Assembly (NCBI GenBank): GCA_951406725.2
Contig: OX597842.1
Location: 28,086,001 to 28,150,000, forward strand
Direction of reading: 5' to 3'
Source: Octopus vulgaris
Lineage: Eukaryota
DNA length: 64,000 nt
Made by a program: the position numbers and the translations under genes. Under the pieces are notes generated by a model, which searched no databases, was not told the DNA's origin, and was given only the letters and a program-made list of their open reading frames with translations. Positions 26,851-41,316 of this stretch are shown piece by piece. Positions within the stretch are counted from its first letter, which is position 1; every line of letters starts with the position of its first letter.

Positions 26851-27029
26851 CCGTCATCTCGCAACACCTTTTTTACCATTCCCTCATTGATTCAGCTCTC
26901 CTGTTTTTAAGAAACATTTTCCTCCTTTTTTACTACTTCCGTCTTTTCAGTATGTGACCTCGTGAAGACGACCTGCAATTTTTTTTTCCTCTGTCCTCCC
27001 GTCTCGGGATCTTTCTTTCTTTCTCTTAT

Positions 27030-27064
27030 GTTTCCGACGAAGAGCTCCGCTCGAAACGTCATAC
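27030..27064 (+). ncRNA. Degenerate minimal hammerhead-like motif at Penelope 3' end
   Basis: GUUU-CCGACGA-A-GAGC(UCC)GCUC-GAAA-CG-UC-AUAC; U4>C, extra A, one helix I mismatch. Confidence 0.5.
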
Positions 27065-27546
27065 CCTCCTTCTTCCATTTTCCTGAGCGCCTAATAATAA
27101 TAATACTGTAATTGTTCCACGTGTTGTTGTTTTTTCTGTTTTCCCGTTTGGATTAACCTATATATATATATATATATACATATATACAGACGAACGCACA
27201 CAAAAACAGATATATACACATATATATACACCAACACACATACGCATACATAAATGTATACATATGTATATACATATGCATACACATACACACACACGCG
27301 CATCTATATATACATAAACACATACATGCATACAAACATATACATATATACATACATGCATACTCGAATAATAAATATAAGTATATATATACGTGCAATT
27401 ACCTATCATACAGAAGGATACATACATATAAACATATAAACAGACACATATATACCTATTTACACAAATGTATATATACATACATACATACATACATACA
27501 CATAAAACTACATACCTACATATACATAAACACACCGGCGTACATG

Positions 27547-27603
<57 letters not shown>

Positions 27604-27952
27604 ACATACATACACATACACATACATACACATACACACACATATACATACATATACATGTATGTAAATACATGCACACATACATATATACACACACAAA
27701 TACACATACACATATATATATATATATATATACATATATACACACATGTATATATAGATATATATATATATATATATATAATAAATATTAGGGAATGAAT
27801 CCAAAATTACAGGGAAAAATCAGATTTAGGGTTAAATCCAAATTTATAGTAAAATATTATATAATATAATTCGAGACAAAACCACTATTTTAAAACCAAA
27901 CAAGGAAAGACTTAATCAATACATAAAATTTTAATATAAATTAAATAAACCG

Positions 27953-27995
27953 CCACTACAATTGTTTCTTGTCTTGATCGACAATCTTCAGGTGG
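27953..27995 (-). ncRNA. Type I hammerhead ribozyme motif (family A2), inverted copy
   Basis: Reverse complement of 1920-1962. Confidence 0.85.
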
Positions 27996-28202
27996 ACTTC
28001 CAACAAGTCAGTTTCAAATTATGAAGTCATATACATAGCTACATACCCATACATCCATATATCTATACATATACATACACGTATATATACACAAGCACTT
28101 ACAAAAACACACGCACACACATCTATCTACATATATAAAAAAACCCAACAAGTCCATACATGTACACACATACACATACATACATGCATATACACATATA
28201 TA

Positions 28203-28264
<62 letters not shown>

Positions 28265-28329
28265 TCAATAGGTATATATATATGCAGCAGATGTATGTAT
28301 ATGTATATATGTATGTATATGTGTTTATA

Positions 28330-28384
<55 letters not shown>

Positions 28385-28388
<4 letters not shown>

Positions 28389-29041
28389 CTGGCGATGTTA
28401 TTCAAATCAGTATTCGGACACTATGTCCCACCCAAGTAGAGAGTTATAGTTTACAGACATATCTTAGTGAACGAAGTTGATTCGGGATTTTTTGAAGGAA
28501 TTTTTCCAGAGACTTCTTCAACTTTATGGGGTCTGTTTCTGCTTTAATGTGTTTTGATATCATGTTAAAGAGAGTGGGGCCACTTGAAGTGAAATGATTG
28601 TGCCAAATTGTTATTATGAGATGCAAGTGGGATTTATGTGGTTGGTGGATAGCATGGGGCAGAAGTCTTGGGTGTATCTTAAAGGAGATGCCAGCATCAT
28701 TCGGGAACTGCTGCTGGAATATTTTCAACATCATGCAGATGATACAGCGCTCGTGACGACATTGAAGAGAATTAAGCTTGAGCTTTTCTAGTCGACGACT
28801 CCAATGGTCAAGGACTGTCACTTTTGTAATTGACCTTTGAGGTGCTTTAAGTTTCATGGGAATTTGTTCTGTGAGGGGAGACCACAGTGGACAACTGTAT
28901 TCAAAGAGGGGTCAGGCAAAAGTGGAGAAGAGAAGGATAATGGTGAGGATATCAGGATATCTCTCGACTGGAAAGTTCTGAGAATCCAGGAACACATTCT
29001 GCTAACCATGTTAATTTTGTTGTGTATATGAGAGGCCCACC
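28385..29041 (-). mobile_element. Decayed CR1/L2-type LINE 3' fragment (subunit copy)
   Basis: ORF 28444..28857. Confidence 0.8.
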
Positions 29042-29308
29042 TTCTCTATATATGTATATCTATCTGTCTGTCTGTGTGTCTATCTACGTATCTATCTATC
29101 TATCTATCAATATATATATATATACACACACAAACATACACATATGTATAGACATACATGTAAATATATGTATATACAATTATTTCATATATATATTGTG
29201 TATACATTCTATATATACGTATATATATTGTGTGTATATATATATATTATGTTTGTATATGTATATATATATATCTATATATATAGATATACATGTAAAT
29301 ATATGTAT

Positions 29309-29361
<53 letters not shown>

Positions 29362-29583
29362 AGTATTATATACACCCATCCAAATGTATGTCTGTGTCTG
29401 CCTTTTCTTTAATTTGTTAAAATCATTGTCCGATATTTTTTAGTTGTTGCGTTGTTATATCTCTCTATGCTTTATTGCACCCACCTTCTGCCTGTCTGTC
29501 TGCCTCTCTCTCCCTCCCCACCCTCTCACTCTTAGTCTCTCCCTCTCATTTTCATAGTTAAGTCACGTTGCCGCTTTACTTAG

Positions 29584-29648
29584 GAAGTTAAATATTTAGA
29601 GGAGAAACAGATGAGATTTCTATTCAATAATGAATATGGTTTAATTTC
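29584..29648 (+). other. Candidate 65-nt exon copy
   Basis: Same as 3377-3441. Confidence 0.35.
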
Positions 29649-29744
29649 GTAAGATTTGTTCAACCACGCTCTAGCTGGAGCATTTTGATCATAAAACATA
29701 TATATATATACATATATATATACACACACACATAAATATGCATG

Positions 29745-29807
<63 letters not shown>

Positions 29808-30074
29808 GCACACATATTTGTGCGTATATATATATCTGTGTGTGTGTGTATATATAATTATTTCATATATATATTGTGTGTATATATATATATATATTAT
29901 GTACGTATATGTATATATATATAGAGAGAGATAGATATATAGGTATATATAGATTCTATGCATGTATATATATATAAGTCTATAGGCATATGTATATGCA
30001 GTAAATGTACGTATATGTATATATATATGTATATGCGTTTATATATATATATATATCTATATATATATATATAT

Positions 30075-30734
30075 ACACCTGGCGATGTTATTCAAATCAG
30101 TATTCGGACACTATGTCCCACCCAAGTAGAGAGTTATAATTTACAGAGACATATCTTAGTGAACAAAGTTGATTCGGGATTCTTTGAAGGAATTTTTCCA
30201 GAGACTTCTTAAACTTTATGGGGGTCTGTTTCTGCTTTAATGTGTTTTGATATCATGTTAAAGAGAGTGGGACCACTTGATGTGAAATAATTGTGCCAAA
30301 TTGTTATTATGAGATGCAAGTGGGATTTATGTGGTTGGTGGATCACATGGGCCAGAAGTCTTGGGTGTATCTTAAAGGAGATGACAGCATAATTCGGGAA
30401 ATGCTGCTGGAATATTTTCAACATCATGCAGATGATACAGCGCTCGTGACGACATTGAAGAGAATAAAGCTTGAGCTTTTCTAGTCGACGTCTCCAATGG
30501 TCAAGGACTGTCATGTTTGTAATTGACCTTTGAGATGCTTCAAGTTTCATGGGAATTTGTTCTGTGAGTGGAGACCACAGTGGACAACTGTATTAAAAGA
30601 GGGTCAGGCAAAAGTGGAGAAGAGAAGAATAATGGTTGAGGATATCAGGATATCTCTCGACTGGAAAGTTCTGAGAATTCTGGAACACATTCTGCTGACC
30701 ACGTTAACTTTGCAGCGTATATGAGTGGCCCACC
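30075..30734 (-). mobile_element. Decayed CR1/L2-type LINE 3' fragment (mosaic subunit copy)
   Basis: ORF 30209..30550. Confidence 0.8.
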
Positions 30735-31257
30735 TTCTATATATATGTATATCTATCTGTCTGTCTCTGTGTCTATCTACGTATCTATCTATCTATCTAA
30801 CTATCTATCTCTCTCTCTCTCTATCTCTCTCTCTCTCTATATATATATATACACACACATGCATACACATATATATAGACATAAATGTAAATATATGTAC
30901 ATACATCTATTTCATATATATATTGTTTGTATATATATATATTATGTATGTATATATATATATTTATATTTAAAGATATACATGTAAATATATGTATACA
31001 CACACACACACTCACATATATATATATATACATGTATATATGTATTATATACACTCAACCAAATATATGTCAGTGTCTGCCTTTTCTTTCATTTGTTAAA
31101 ATCATTGTCCGATATTTTTTAGTTGTGTTGTTATATCTCTCTACGCTTTATTGCCCCCACCCTCTGCCTGTCTGTCTGCCTCTCTCTCCCTCCCCCCTCT
31201 CACTCTTAGTCTCTCCCTCTCATTTTCATAGTTAAGTCACTTTGCCGCTTTACTTAG

Positions 31258-31322
31258 GAAGTTAAATATTTAGAGGTGAAACAGATTAGATTTCTATTCA
31301 ATAATGAATATTGTCCAATTTC
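31258..31322 (+). other. Candidate 65-nt exon copy
   Basis: Same as 13794-13858. Confidence 0.35.
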
Positions 31323-31377
31323 GTAAGATTTGTTAAACCACGCCCTAGCTGGAGCATTTTAGATCATAAAACATATA

Positions 31378-31471
<94 letters not shown>

Positions 31472-31617
31472 GTGTGTGTCTATATATAATTATTTCATAT
31501 ATATATATTGTGTATACATTCTATATATACATATATATATTGTGTGTATATATATACTATGTATGTATATGTATATATATATATCTATATCTATCTATCT
31601 ATCTATTTATGTATCTA

Positions 31618-31739
<122 letters not shown>

Positions 31740-31751
31740 TACATTCTATGC

Positions 31752-31804
<53 letters not shown>

Positions 31805-31824
31805 TCTATAGGTATATGTATAAG

Positions 31825-32690
31825 CAGCAGGAGTTGAACTCCAATTACAGATTGGCTGAGGATAATAATATGCAGTTGTTTAATGCCGAAAAATTCCAAG
31901 CCCTGCGCCACCAGTATCAAAACCTAACTTAAAGGGTACACTGGTCCACAGGGAATTTTAGTCCCAGAGCCTAAGTCAGTGAGGGACCTGGGTATAGACA
32001 TGAGTGGTGATACCTCTTTCCAAGTGCTCAATACCAGGATGGTGACAAAGTGCAGACGACTGGCTGGATGGATCCTAAGAACATTCCGAACCAGAGAAAA
32101 GGAAACCATGATGGTCCACTGGCGAACATTCATCCTTAGCTACCTGAATTACTGCTCACAGCTATGGTCACCCACCAGTGTGAAATTAACAGCGGACCTT
32201 GAAGCAATCCAGAGAAGATTCACAAAGAAGATCGTCTCTTTGCAACAGCTCAGCTACTGGGAAAGGTTGAAACACTTAAGACTCTCCTCTCTGGAGAGAA
32301 GACAGAAGTATGCAGTAATATATATCTGGAAGATCCTGGCCAGAAGGCTGCACCAGGCTCGTGTCTGATCAGGTAGGGTTTCTACCGCTGGATGCCCTCC
32401 TAATATCTACCACTCCAAGAGTGAAATGGGTGCTTTTACGTGCCAACAGCACGGAGGCCAGTCATGTGGTACTGCCAATAGCCAAACTCAAATGGTGTTT
32501 TTTATATGCCACCTGAACAGGAGACAGTACAGCGGTACTGGCAACGTTCATGCTTGGATGGTGCTTTTAGTAATCAACTGGCGTTGTTGCCAGGCAGGCG
32601 GTGCTATCATCGGTCATCTCAACGAATTTGATTTCACTTGCCTCAACAGGTCCTCACAAGCGAAGTTTAGTGTCCAATGAGAGACATGTA
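31825..32690. mobile_element. CR1/L2 fragment (+) abutting RTE 3' UTR fragment (-)
   Basis: Duplicate of 14325-15190; ORF 31979..32368. Confidence 0.8.
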
Positions 32691-32748
32691 CGGATATATA
32701 CATATACATACACACAGAAATATATATATACATACATATGTATGTATG

Positions 32749-32802
<54 letters not shown>

Positions 32803-33600
32803 CACACACAGTTTATATCCATTTAAAAGGAAAAAAGATGGGTCCATATATTACATCAAAAGGAGCAGCTTTTTTTCTCTGATGAAATTACACTCATGTC
32901 ACATAAATGTAATATTAATGTACAAATTTGTAATTAATTTATTGAAACAATTGTAAGCAGCGAAGATGACCACTTTGTAAGCAATAAACAATTATCAACT
33001 TCCTTATCTCCATTTTCTTTTCTTTTTTTGAAATGGATATAAACTATATTCTTAATATATACCTATTGTTTTAAGGGTAGTTCATTGCCCAAAAATAATA
33101 GGTATTCAACCAGTGTTTCCTTAAATGCAACCATCCCTTCACAAGGTTAACATATCCCCTAATTATATACTTATATTCAATTTATATATATATGTATATA
33201 TGAGTATATGCATGTATGTATAGACAGATAGATGAATTGATGGATAGGTGTGAGTGTATACATATTTCGGTCTTACCTATTCTTTCTAAATACATACACC
33301 CACATACATTCATACCTGCGTGTTTCTAAATTGACGCAAAAGGTTGACCTAAGATTTGAATAGGGATAAGAAATTTAATGACAATAAATTGAGATGTTTT
33401 AGAATTTCTTTAGAATTGTTAAAGAAAAGAAATAGTGACTCACCAGGTGAATGAGTGTTTCATTGTGTAAGAAATAGCAGGTACGCAGATAGCTATGTAT
33501 ATGTACATATATGGATATAAATACGTGTGTATGAATGTATGTGGGTGTATGTGTACAGTTGTATTTGTATTTAAGTATGTTGATGTTTATGTTTGCACAA

Positions 33601-33638
<38 letters not shown>

Positions 33639-34272
33639 CTATGTTTGGATTTATACGTGTATGTATGATTGTTTGTAGTTATGTATATACGTAAACATGA
33701 ATTGTTCGTGTATGAATATATGTATTTATGTATATATGGTGATGATGACGATGGCTATCCACTCATGAGTAAAAAAGGCCATCACTGACCATCTACCATG
33801 CGAAATGTCTGCAAGGACAGTTCTAAGTAGTATTGTGTTCATGGTCAGCTTTATTCGGATTCGCAGCTGTGGCCTTCATGCATGCCGCAGGGCCCTCCTA
33901 GTTGACCACGTATCGTAAATGACTCTTATCTAGCAATCGTACAATCGAGAATATTAAATCCTCACTGATCCTTTGCACCCTGTTGACATGATCCAGAGAC
34001 AAGCCAGGACAAGCTATCAAGTGCCAATGTGAGGGCACTATGATCCCATGCGCAAGGAAAACACCCCCCGTAAATTGGGGTGTCTTTCACGCACACACAC
34101 ACACACACACACACAGAGGCACACATATACACATACATGCACATATTATGGATGTGTACATACATACCTCATTATTTTAAACCTATATAGACACCTTCTT
34201 TGGGTGAAGCAGTGGGAAGTTATGGTGTTTTGAGTAGTATAGTTTGTATATATAAATATATATTATATATAT

Positions 34273-34347
<75 letters not shown>

Positions 34348-34529
34348 ATGATAATATATTTATATATGTATGTATGTATTTGTATATATATATATATAAA
34401 ATATATATATATGTATATATATATACATGTGTGTGTGTATGTATATATATATATATATACATACATATATGTATATGTGTATATATGTATGTACATGTAT
34501 ATATGTAAGTATATGTGTATATGTGTGTG

Positions 34530-34597
<68 letters not shown>

Positions 34598-34602
<5 letters not shown>

Positions 34603-35257
34603 CTAGCGATGTTAGTCAAATCAGATTTCGGACACCATGTCCCACCCAAATACCCATTTATAGTTTACAGAGACATATGTTGGTGAACGTAGTTTATTCG
34701 GGATTTTCCTAAGGAAATTTTCCAGAGACTTCTTGAACTTTATGGGGTCTGTTTCTGCTTTAATGTGTTTTGATATTATGTTAAAGAGAGTGGGGCCATT
34801 TGATGTGAAACAATTGTGCCAAATTGTTATTATGAGATGCAAGTGGGATTTATGTGGTTGGTGGATCGCATGGGGCAGAAGTCTTGGGTGTATCTTAAAG
34901 GAGATGCCAGCATCATTCGGGAACTGCTGCTGGAATATTTTCAACATCATGCAGATGATACAGCGCTCGTGACGACATTGAAGAGAATAAAGCTTCAGCT
35001 TTTCTAGTCGACGACTCAAATGGTCAAGGACTGTCATTTTTGTAATTGACCTTTGGGGTGCTTCACGTTTCATGGGAATTTGTTCTGTGAGGGTAGACCA
35101 CAGTGGACAACTGTATTGAATAAGGGGTCAGGCAAAAGTGGAGAAGAGAAGGATAATGGTGAGGACATCAGGATATCTCTCGACTGGAAAGTTCTGAGAA
35201 TCCAGGAACACATTCTGCTAACCATGTTAACTTTGCTGTGTATATGAGCCGCCCACC
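34598..35257 (-). mobile_element. Decayed CR1/L2-type LINE 3' fragment (subunit copy)
   Basis: ORF 34621..35073. Confidence 0.8.
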
Positions 35258-35403
35258 TTCTATATATATGTATATCTATCTGTCAATCTGTGTGTCAATC
35301 TACGTATCTATCTATGTATATATATATATATATATACACATATATATACTCACATACATACACCTATATATAGATATACATGTAAATATATGTATACACA
35401 CAT

Positions 35404-35478
<75 letters not shown>

Positions 35479-35716
35479 AATATACATGTATATAAGTATT
35501 ATATACACTCATCCAAATGTATGCCTGTGTCTGCCTTTTCTTTAATTTGTTAAAATCATTGTCCGATATTTTTTAGTTGTTGCGTTGTTATATCTCTCTA
35601 TGCTTTATTGCACCCACCCTCTGCCTGTCTGTCTGCCTCTCTCTCCCTGGCCGCCCTCTCACTCTTAGTCTCTCCCTCTCAATTTCATAGTTAAGTCACG
35701 TTGCCGCTTTACTTAG

Positions 35717-35781
35717 GAAGTTATATATTTAGAGGAGAAAAAGATTAGATTTCTATTCAATAATGAATATGGTTCAATTTC
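35717..35781 (+). other. Candidate 65-nt exon copy ([21 protein letters not shown])
   Basis: ttacttag / gtaag flanks, open frame. Confidence 0.35.
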
Positions 35782-35878
35782 GTAAGATTTGTTCAACTAC
35801 ACCCTAGCTGGAACATTTTAGATCATAAAACATATATATGCATATATATATACACACACACATAAATATGAATGTATA

Positions 35879-35934
<56 letters not shown>

Positions 35935-36057
35935 CATGCACACATATTTGTGCATACATATATGTGTGTGTGTGTTTATATATAATTATTTCATATATAT
36001 ATTGAGTGTATATATACATATATTATGTACGTATATGTATATATATATATCTATATC

Positions 36058-36696
<639 letters not shown>

Positions 36697-36716
36697 CATA
36701 GGTATATATAGATTCT

Positions 36717-36771
<55 letters not shown>

Positions 36772-36853
36772 GGTCCCGGGTTGAGTCGGGGTTAACCACA
36801 GTACATAAGGTACTCAATACATTGCAGAGTAAATTAATTTATTTTATAGAAGG

Positions 36854-36904
36854 AGCTTCTACAGGACTAGAACTGTTTCATTCAAAAGAAATCATCAGGA
36901 AGCT
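36854..36904 (-). ncRNA. Type I hammerhead ribozyme motif (family B)
   Basis: Identical to 19387-19437. Confidence 0.8.
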
Positions 36905-37122
36905 AGGTAACAAGAATAGTTTCGGCATTTATACATTTAGGCAGGTTTAAAGGGGTGGTGGTGGGGGACTTTTTGGGGTAGGCATGGCGCAAACTATCAT
37001 TCTTAGGGGAGTGGTCAAAGGAATTAGTGATAAAGTAGATAACAGAATAAATAGAATAATAGGGTTTTAGGTAAATAAGGAGACTCTCACTTATACACAT
37101 ATATACACATATATATAAACGT

Positions 37123-37173
<51 letters not shown>

Positions 37174-37224
37174 TACATACATATATACATATATATATAC
37201 ACATACATATATATATATATATGC

Positions 37225-37263
<39 letters not shown>

Positions 37264-37290
37264 TACATACATATATACATATATATATAT

Positions 37291-37349
<59 letters not shown>

Positions 37350-37964
37350 TGCATATACACATATACATACACATACACACACATATCCATATACACATGT
37401 ACATATGCACCCATTTACATACATCTACGTACACACCAATACCCATACTCATACATACACTCATATCCCTACACACTTATATCTAAAAATAAATATAAAT
37501 ATAAATACAAATACAAATATAAAGGGGGATATACACCCCCATACATACACGCTCATATATCTATACATACCCACACTTTGACCTCGACCCAACAGGCCAG
37601 CTCTCCCAAGGGAGCTAGCTTAGCCAGCCTAAAGACACCATTTATTTCTCCTTTCCCTTCCTTTCTATCTTTCTTCACACTGATACGAACACAAACACTC
37701 ACAGACGCACACACACACACACACACGCACACTCATTCACATACACAAACGCACGTGTTATATTCATACATACATAAGTGTACCGACTTTCACATAAACG
37801 TACACATAACTATGTACACACAAAAAAACCCACATACGCACGCACATACCTACATATACATACACATATATACTTACACCAGTCATATACAAACCTACAT
37901 ACACATACATACATATACACGTATATATACTCACACATATATACACATACACCTATATACACAC

Positions 37965-38005
<41 letters not shown>

Positions 38006-38467
38006 CACATACATGTACATACACACACATCTACATACACATACATATACATCCGTACGCACACCCTATTACATACATACATCCACACAGAGGTATACAG
38101 GCATCTACACACATACACATTTATACACATATATATACATATACCCCTGCGCGCCTACACGGACCCCTTGTACCTTGGATACCAATTCCCGGATTTTTGC
38201 ACCTACGGATTACTTTTACCAGTCGTCTGGACCTACGGATTACCTGCTACCTTTTTTCCGGAGTACTGCGACTATCGTGATTGAAAATCATTATTTAATC
38301 TGTCCGTTGACTCTCTTAACTCTTTCCTAATTTTTTTCTACTTTTTTCTACTTTGTTCTATTGTTTTCAAACTGTCTTCCCCTTTTGCTTTTTTTATCTT
38401 CCTTTTGTCTCTCCTTTTTTCTGTATCGCCACCACCCACATTTACCTGTTTGCCACCACTTCTCATC

Positions 38468-41316
38468 ATGCCTGACTTGCACTCGTTCGTCCAATACCTT
38501 CAATCCCTCCTTAGCCGCTTTCTCGCGTTCTACCCCCCACAATGTTCCGCACCTGCTAAAAAACTTTCCCGCTTGCTTTTTAAGAAAACTCGCCATTCCA
38601 GCCATCTCTCCTTTCTCAGCCGTTGCCTCCGCCATCATGTCACACCCCGCGGTTTCCTCTTGAAGTTCCACGCTACCCCCTATTCCTCCGCCTTCATCGA
38701 ACCCACCCTCGCTCGTACCTCCCGCTCCCTCCTCCGCGCCACCATCCGCTCCACCCGCCCTCTCCTTGACTCCCTCGACCATCAACTTTCCCAGGCCTAC
38801 CTCCTTCTCTCCGCCCTCTGCCCTCCACTCTTCACCCAACCTATCCTCCGCTTCATTCTTAATCTCAACCACCAACTCCACAACTTCCTCACACACACAA
38901 AAAACAAAAAACTCCACCACCTCCTCAACCCCTCACCCCCTTCCCGATCCTCCCCCACTGCTCCCCCAAACCCCTCCTTCGTACCTACCCCCACCCCCTC
39001 CCACAGACCCACACTGTGACCTTCCTACGCCTAACCCATCTTCACCCAACCACCCCTACCCTCCCCTTCACACCCCTGCACCCCCTCTGCCTGACCCTAG
39101 TCCTCCCACCACCCTGCTTCCTCGCGCTGTTGTCACTATACCCCACAACCTCCCCCTCTCCGCCGCCGAGAGTTCTCTCCTCAGGAAGGGTCTCCGCTTC
39201 ACGCCACTCACGCGCCACTGTGATGAGTTCGAGACTCGGGCTGACGTCAACCTCTTCCTGCGCCGCCTCAAACTTTGCGCATACTACCACGCGTCCCCGT
39301 AGCGTCACAACAATCTGGATTGCCTTGTGGAGCTGGGGCGTCGTCCATCCCACTGGACGCCGCCCCCAGGCCTATTCAGTAGCCTAGATTCGTTTGTACA
39401 TGACTGCAACGCGTTGGTCCACCGGTTCAACTTTGAACCACGTCCCCGCCGAACCAACCTCACTCGGGCCGAATCCATTGCCCTTCGCCACCTCCGCCGC
39501 CGTGATGACATCGTCATCAAGCCGGCGGACAAGAGCGGGGCAGTGGTAGTGTGGCGCGCGGACCTATACAGGGAGGAAGCGCTCAATCAGCTTCAAAATC
39601 CCCTCTTCTATCACCTCCTCCCCTCCGATCCCACCTCCTCCTACCAACAGCGAGTTTCCTCCACCATCCGCGACCTCATCTTCTCCTCTGCTCTCCCCCC
39701 CACCGCCACCAACCTCATCGTCCGCAAACCCCGCACCTCCACCATCTACTTCCTTCCCAAGATCCATAAACCCTCTAATCCGGGCCGTCCCATAGTCTCT
39801 GCCTGTAATTGCCCCACTGAACTCATTTCCCTATACCTCGACCACATCCTGTCCCCCCTAGTCGCAGCCCGCCCATCCCACATACACGACACCAACCACG
39901 CCCTCCGTCTCTTCAATTCCTTTTCCTTCCCTTCCAGCCCCTCACACCTCCTCTTCACATTAGATGTAAAATCCCTGTACACTGTGATTCCCCACAATGA
40001 CGGTCTCCTAGCCCTCCAACACTTCCTCGACCGTCGTCCCGACCCCACCCCTAGCACCCCCACCCTCCTCCGCTTGGCCGAGCTCGTCCTCACCCTCAAC
40101 TGTTTCACGTTCGCCGGGGAAACGTACCAACAGGTGTCCGGGGTCGCGATGGGAACTAGGATGGGCCCCAATTTCGCCAATCTCTTTCTTGGCTACATTG
40201 AGGCCCAAGTATTCTCCCAGTTCTCCGGGCCGACCCCCGAACTATACGGTCGCTATATAGACGACTGCATAGGTGCCACCTCCCTTTCCCGCGAACTCCT
40301 CTGCCAATTCATCTCTTTCCTTTCCAACTTTAACCCCTCCCTTCAATTCACATCCACCATCTCCAACACCTCTGTCAACTTCCTCGACAGCTCTCTCCGA
40401 ATCGACCACCCCTCCAAGTCTCTCACCACCTCCGCCTTCTTTAAACCTACGGATTCCCACCTCTATCTCAACCTCTCCTCCTCCCACCCCTTCCACACAA
40501 AACGAGCCATCCCCTACTCCCAGTTCCTCCGCCTCCGACGTTTGTGCAGCCGCGACCAGGATTTCGAGACCCAATCTCAATACCTGGCCCGCCTATTCAG
40601 ACTCCGAGGTTACCCACCCATACTCATCTCTAATGCTCTCACCCGCGCCCGACGCATCGACCGCACCACCGCCCTGTCTCCTTCCCCCATCCAACCCCCA
40701 ACCGCACCCCTTCCCCCTCCTCTTCCACCCCTCTACCCTACCCCTTCGTCGCAAGATACTACGTGCCTTCCGTCGCCTCCAGCTTGATCCCACAACCCGC
40801 CCCATTTTCCCTAACCCACCCCTGTCCTCCTTCAAACGAGCCCGTAATCTACGGGACCTCCTGGTCCACAGCACCCTCTCTCCTTCCCCCTCAGCCCCAC
40901 ACGGATCATTCCCTTGCTCTAGATCCCGCTGCAACACTTGCCCCTTCATCACCAACACCACTGCTGTCACCGGCTCCAACCGGCGCACTGTACGTATTAG
41001 GCACTCTTTTACGTGCACCTCGTCTGGCCTCATTTACTGCATTAAATGCAACCTATGCGGGATGCTGTATGTAGGACAGACGGGACGCCGGTTGTCCGAT
41101 CGATTCACAGAACATTTGAGGGACGTTCGCCTACACTCCCTTTCTCCTATCGCACGCCACTTCCGCTGGGCCTACCATTCCCTAGATGACATCTCAGTGT
41201 TTGGTCTCGCCCCCCACAATGGCCGTCCTCTTTCTAGGCTCCACTTGGAGCAACGCTACAACTTCACCCTACAAACCACTACCCCACACGGACTTAACAC
41301 AGCCCCCTCCTCCTAG
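38468..41316 (+). pseudogene. Disrupted Penelope-like RT / GIY-YIG ORF
   Basis: ORF pieces 38405..39019, 38766..39302 (premature TAG), 39327..40787 (RT, RYIDD), 40273..41316 (GIY-YIG at end). Confidence 0.92.

Larger units (their letters stand above)
20670..27150 (+). mobile_element. Penelope-like retroelement, near full length, with ~3-kb CA-rich 3' region
   Basis: RT + GIY-YIG ORF, 3' tandem repeats and terminal hammerhead-like motif; boundaries approximate. Confidence 0.85.
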
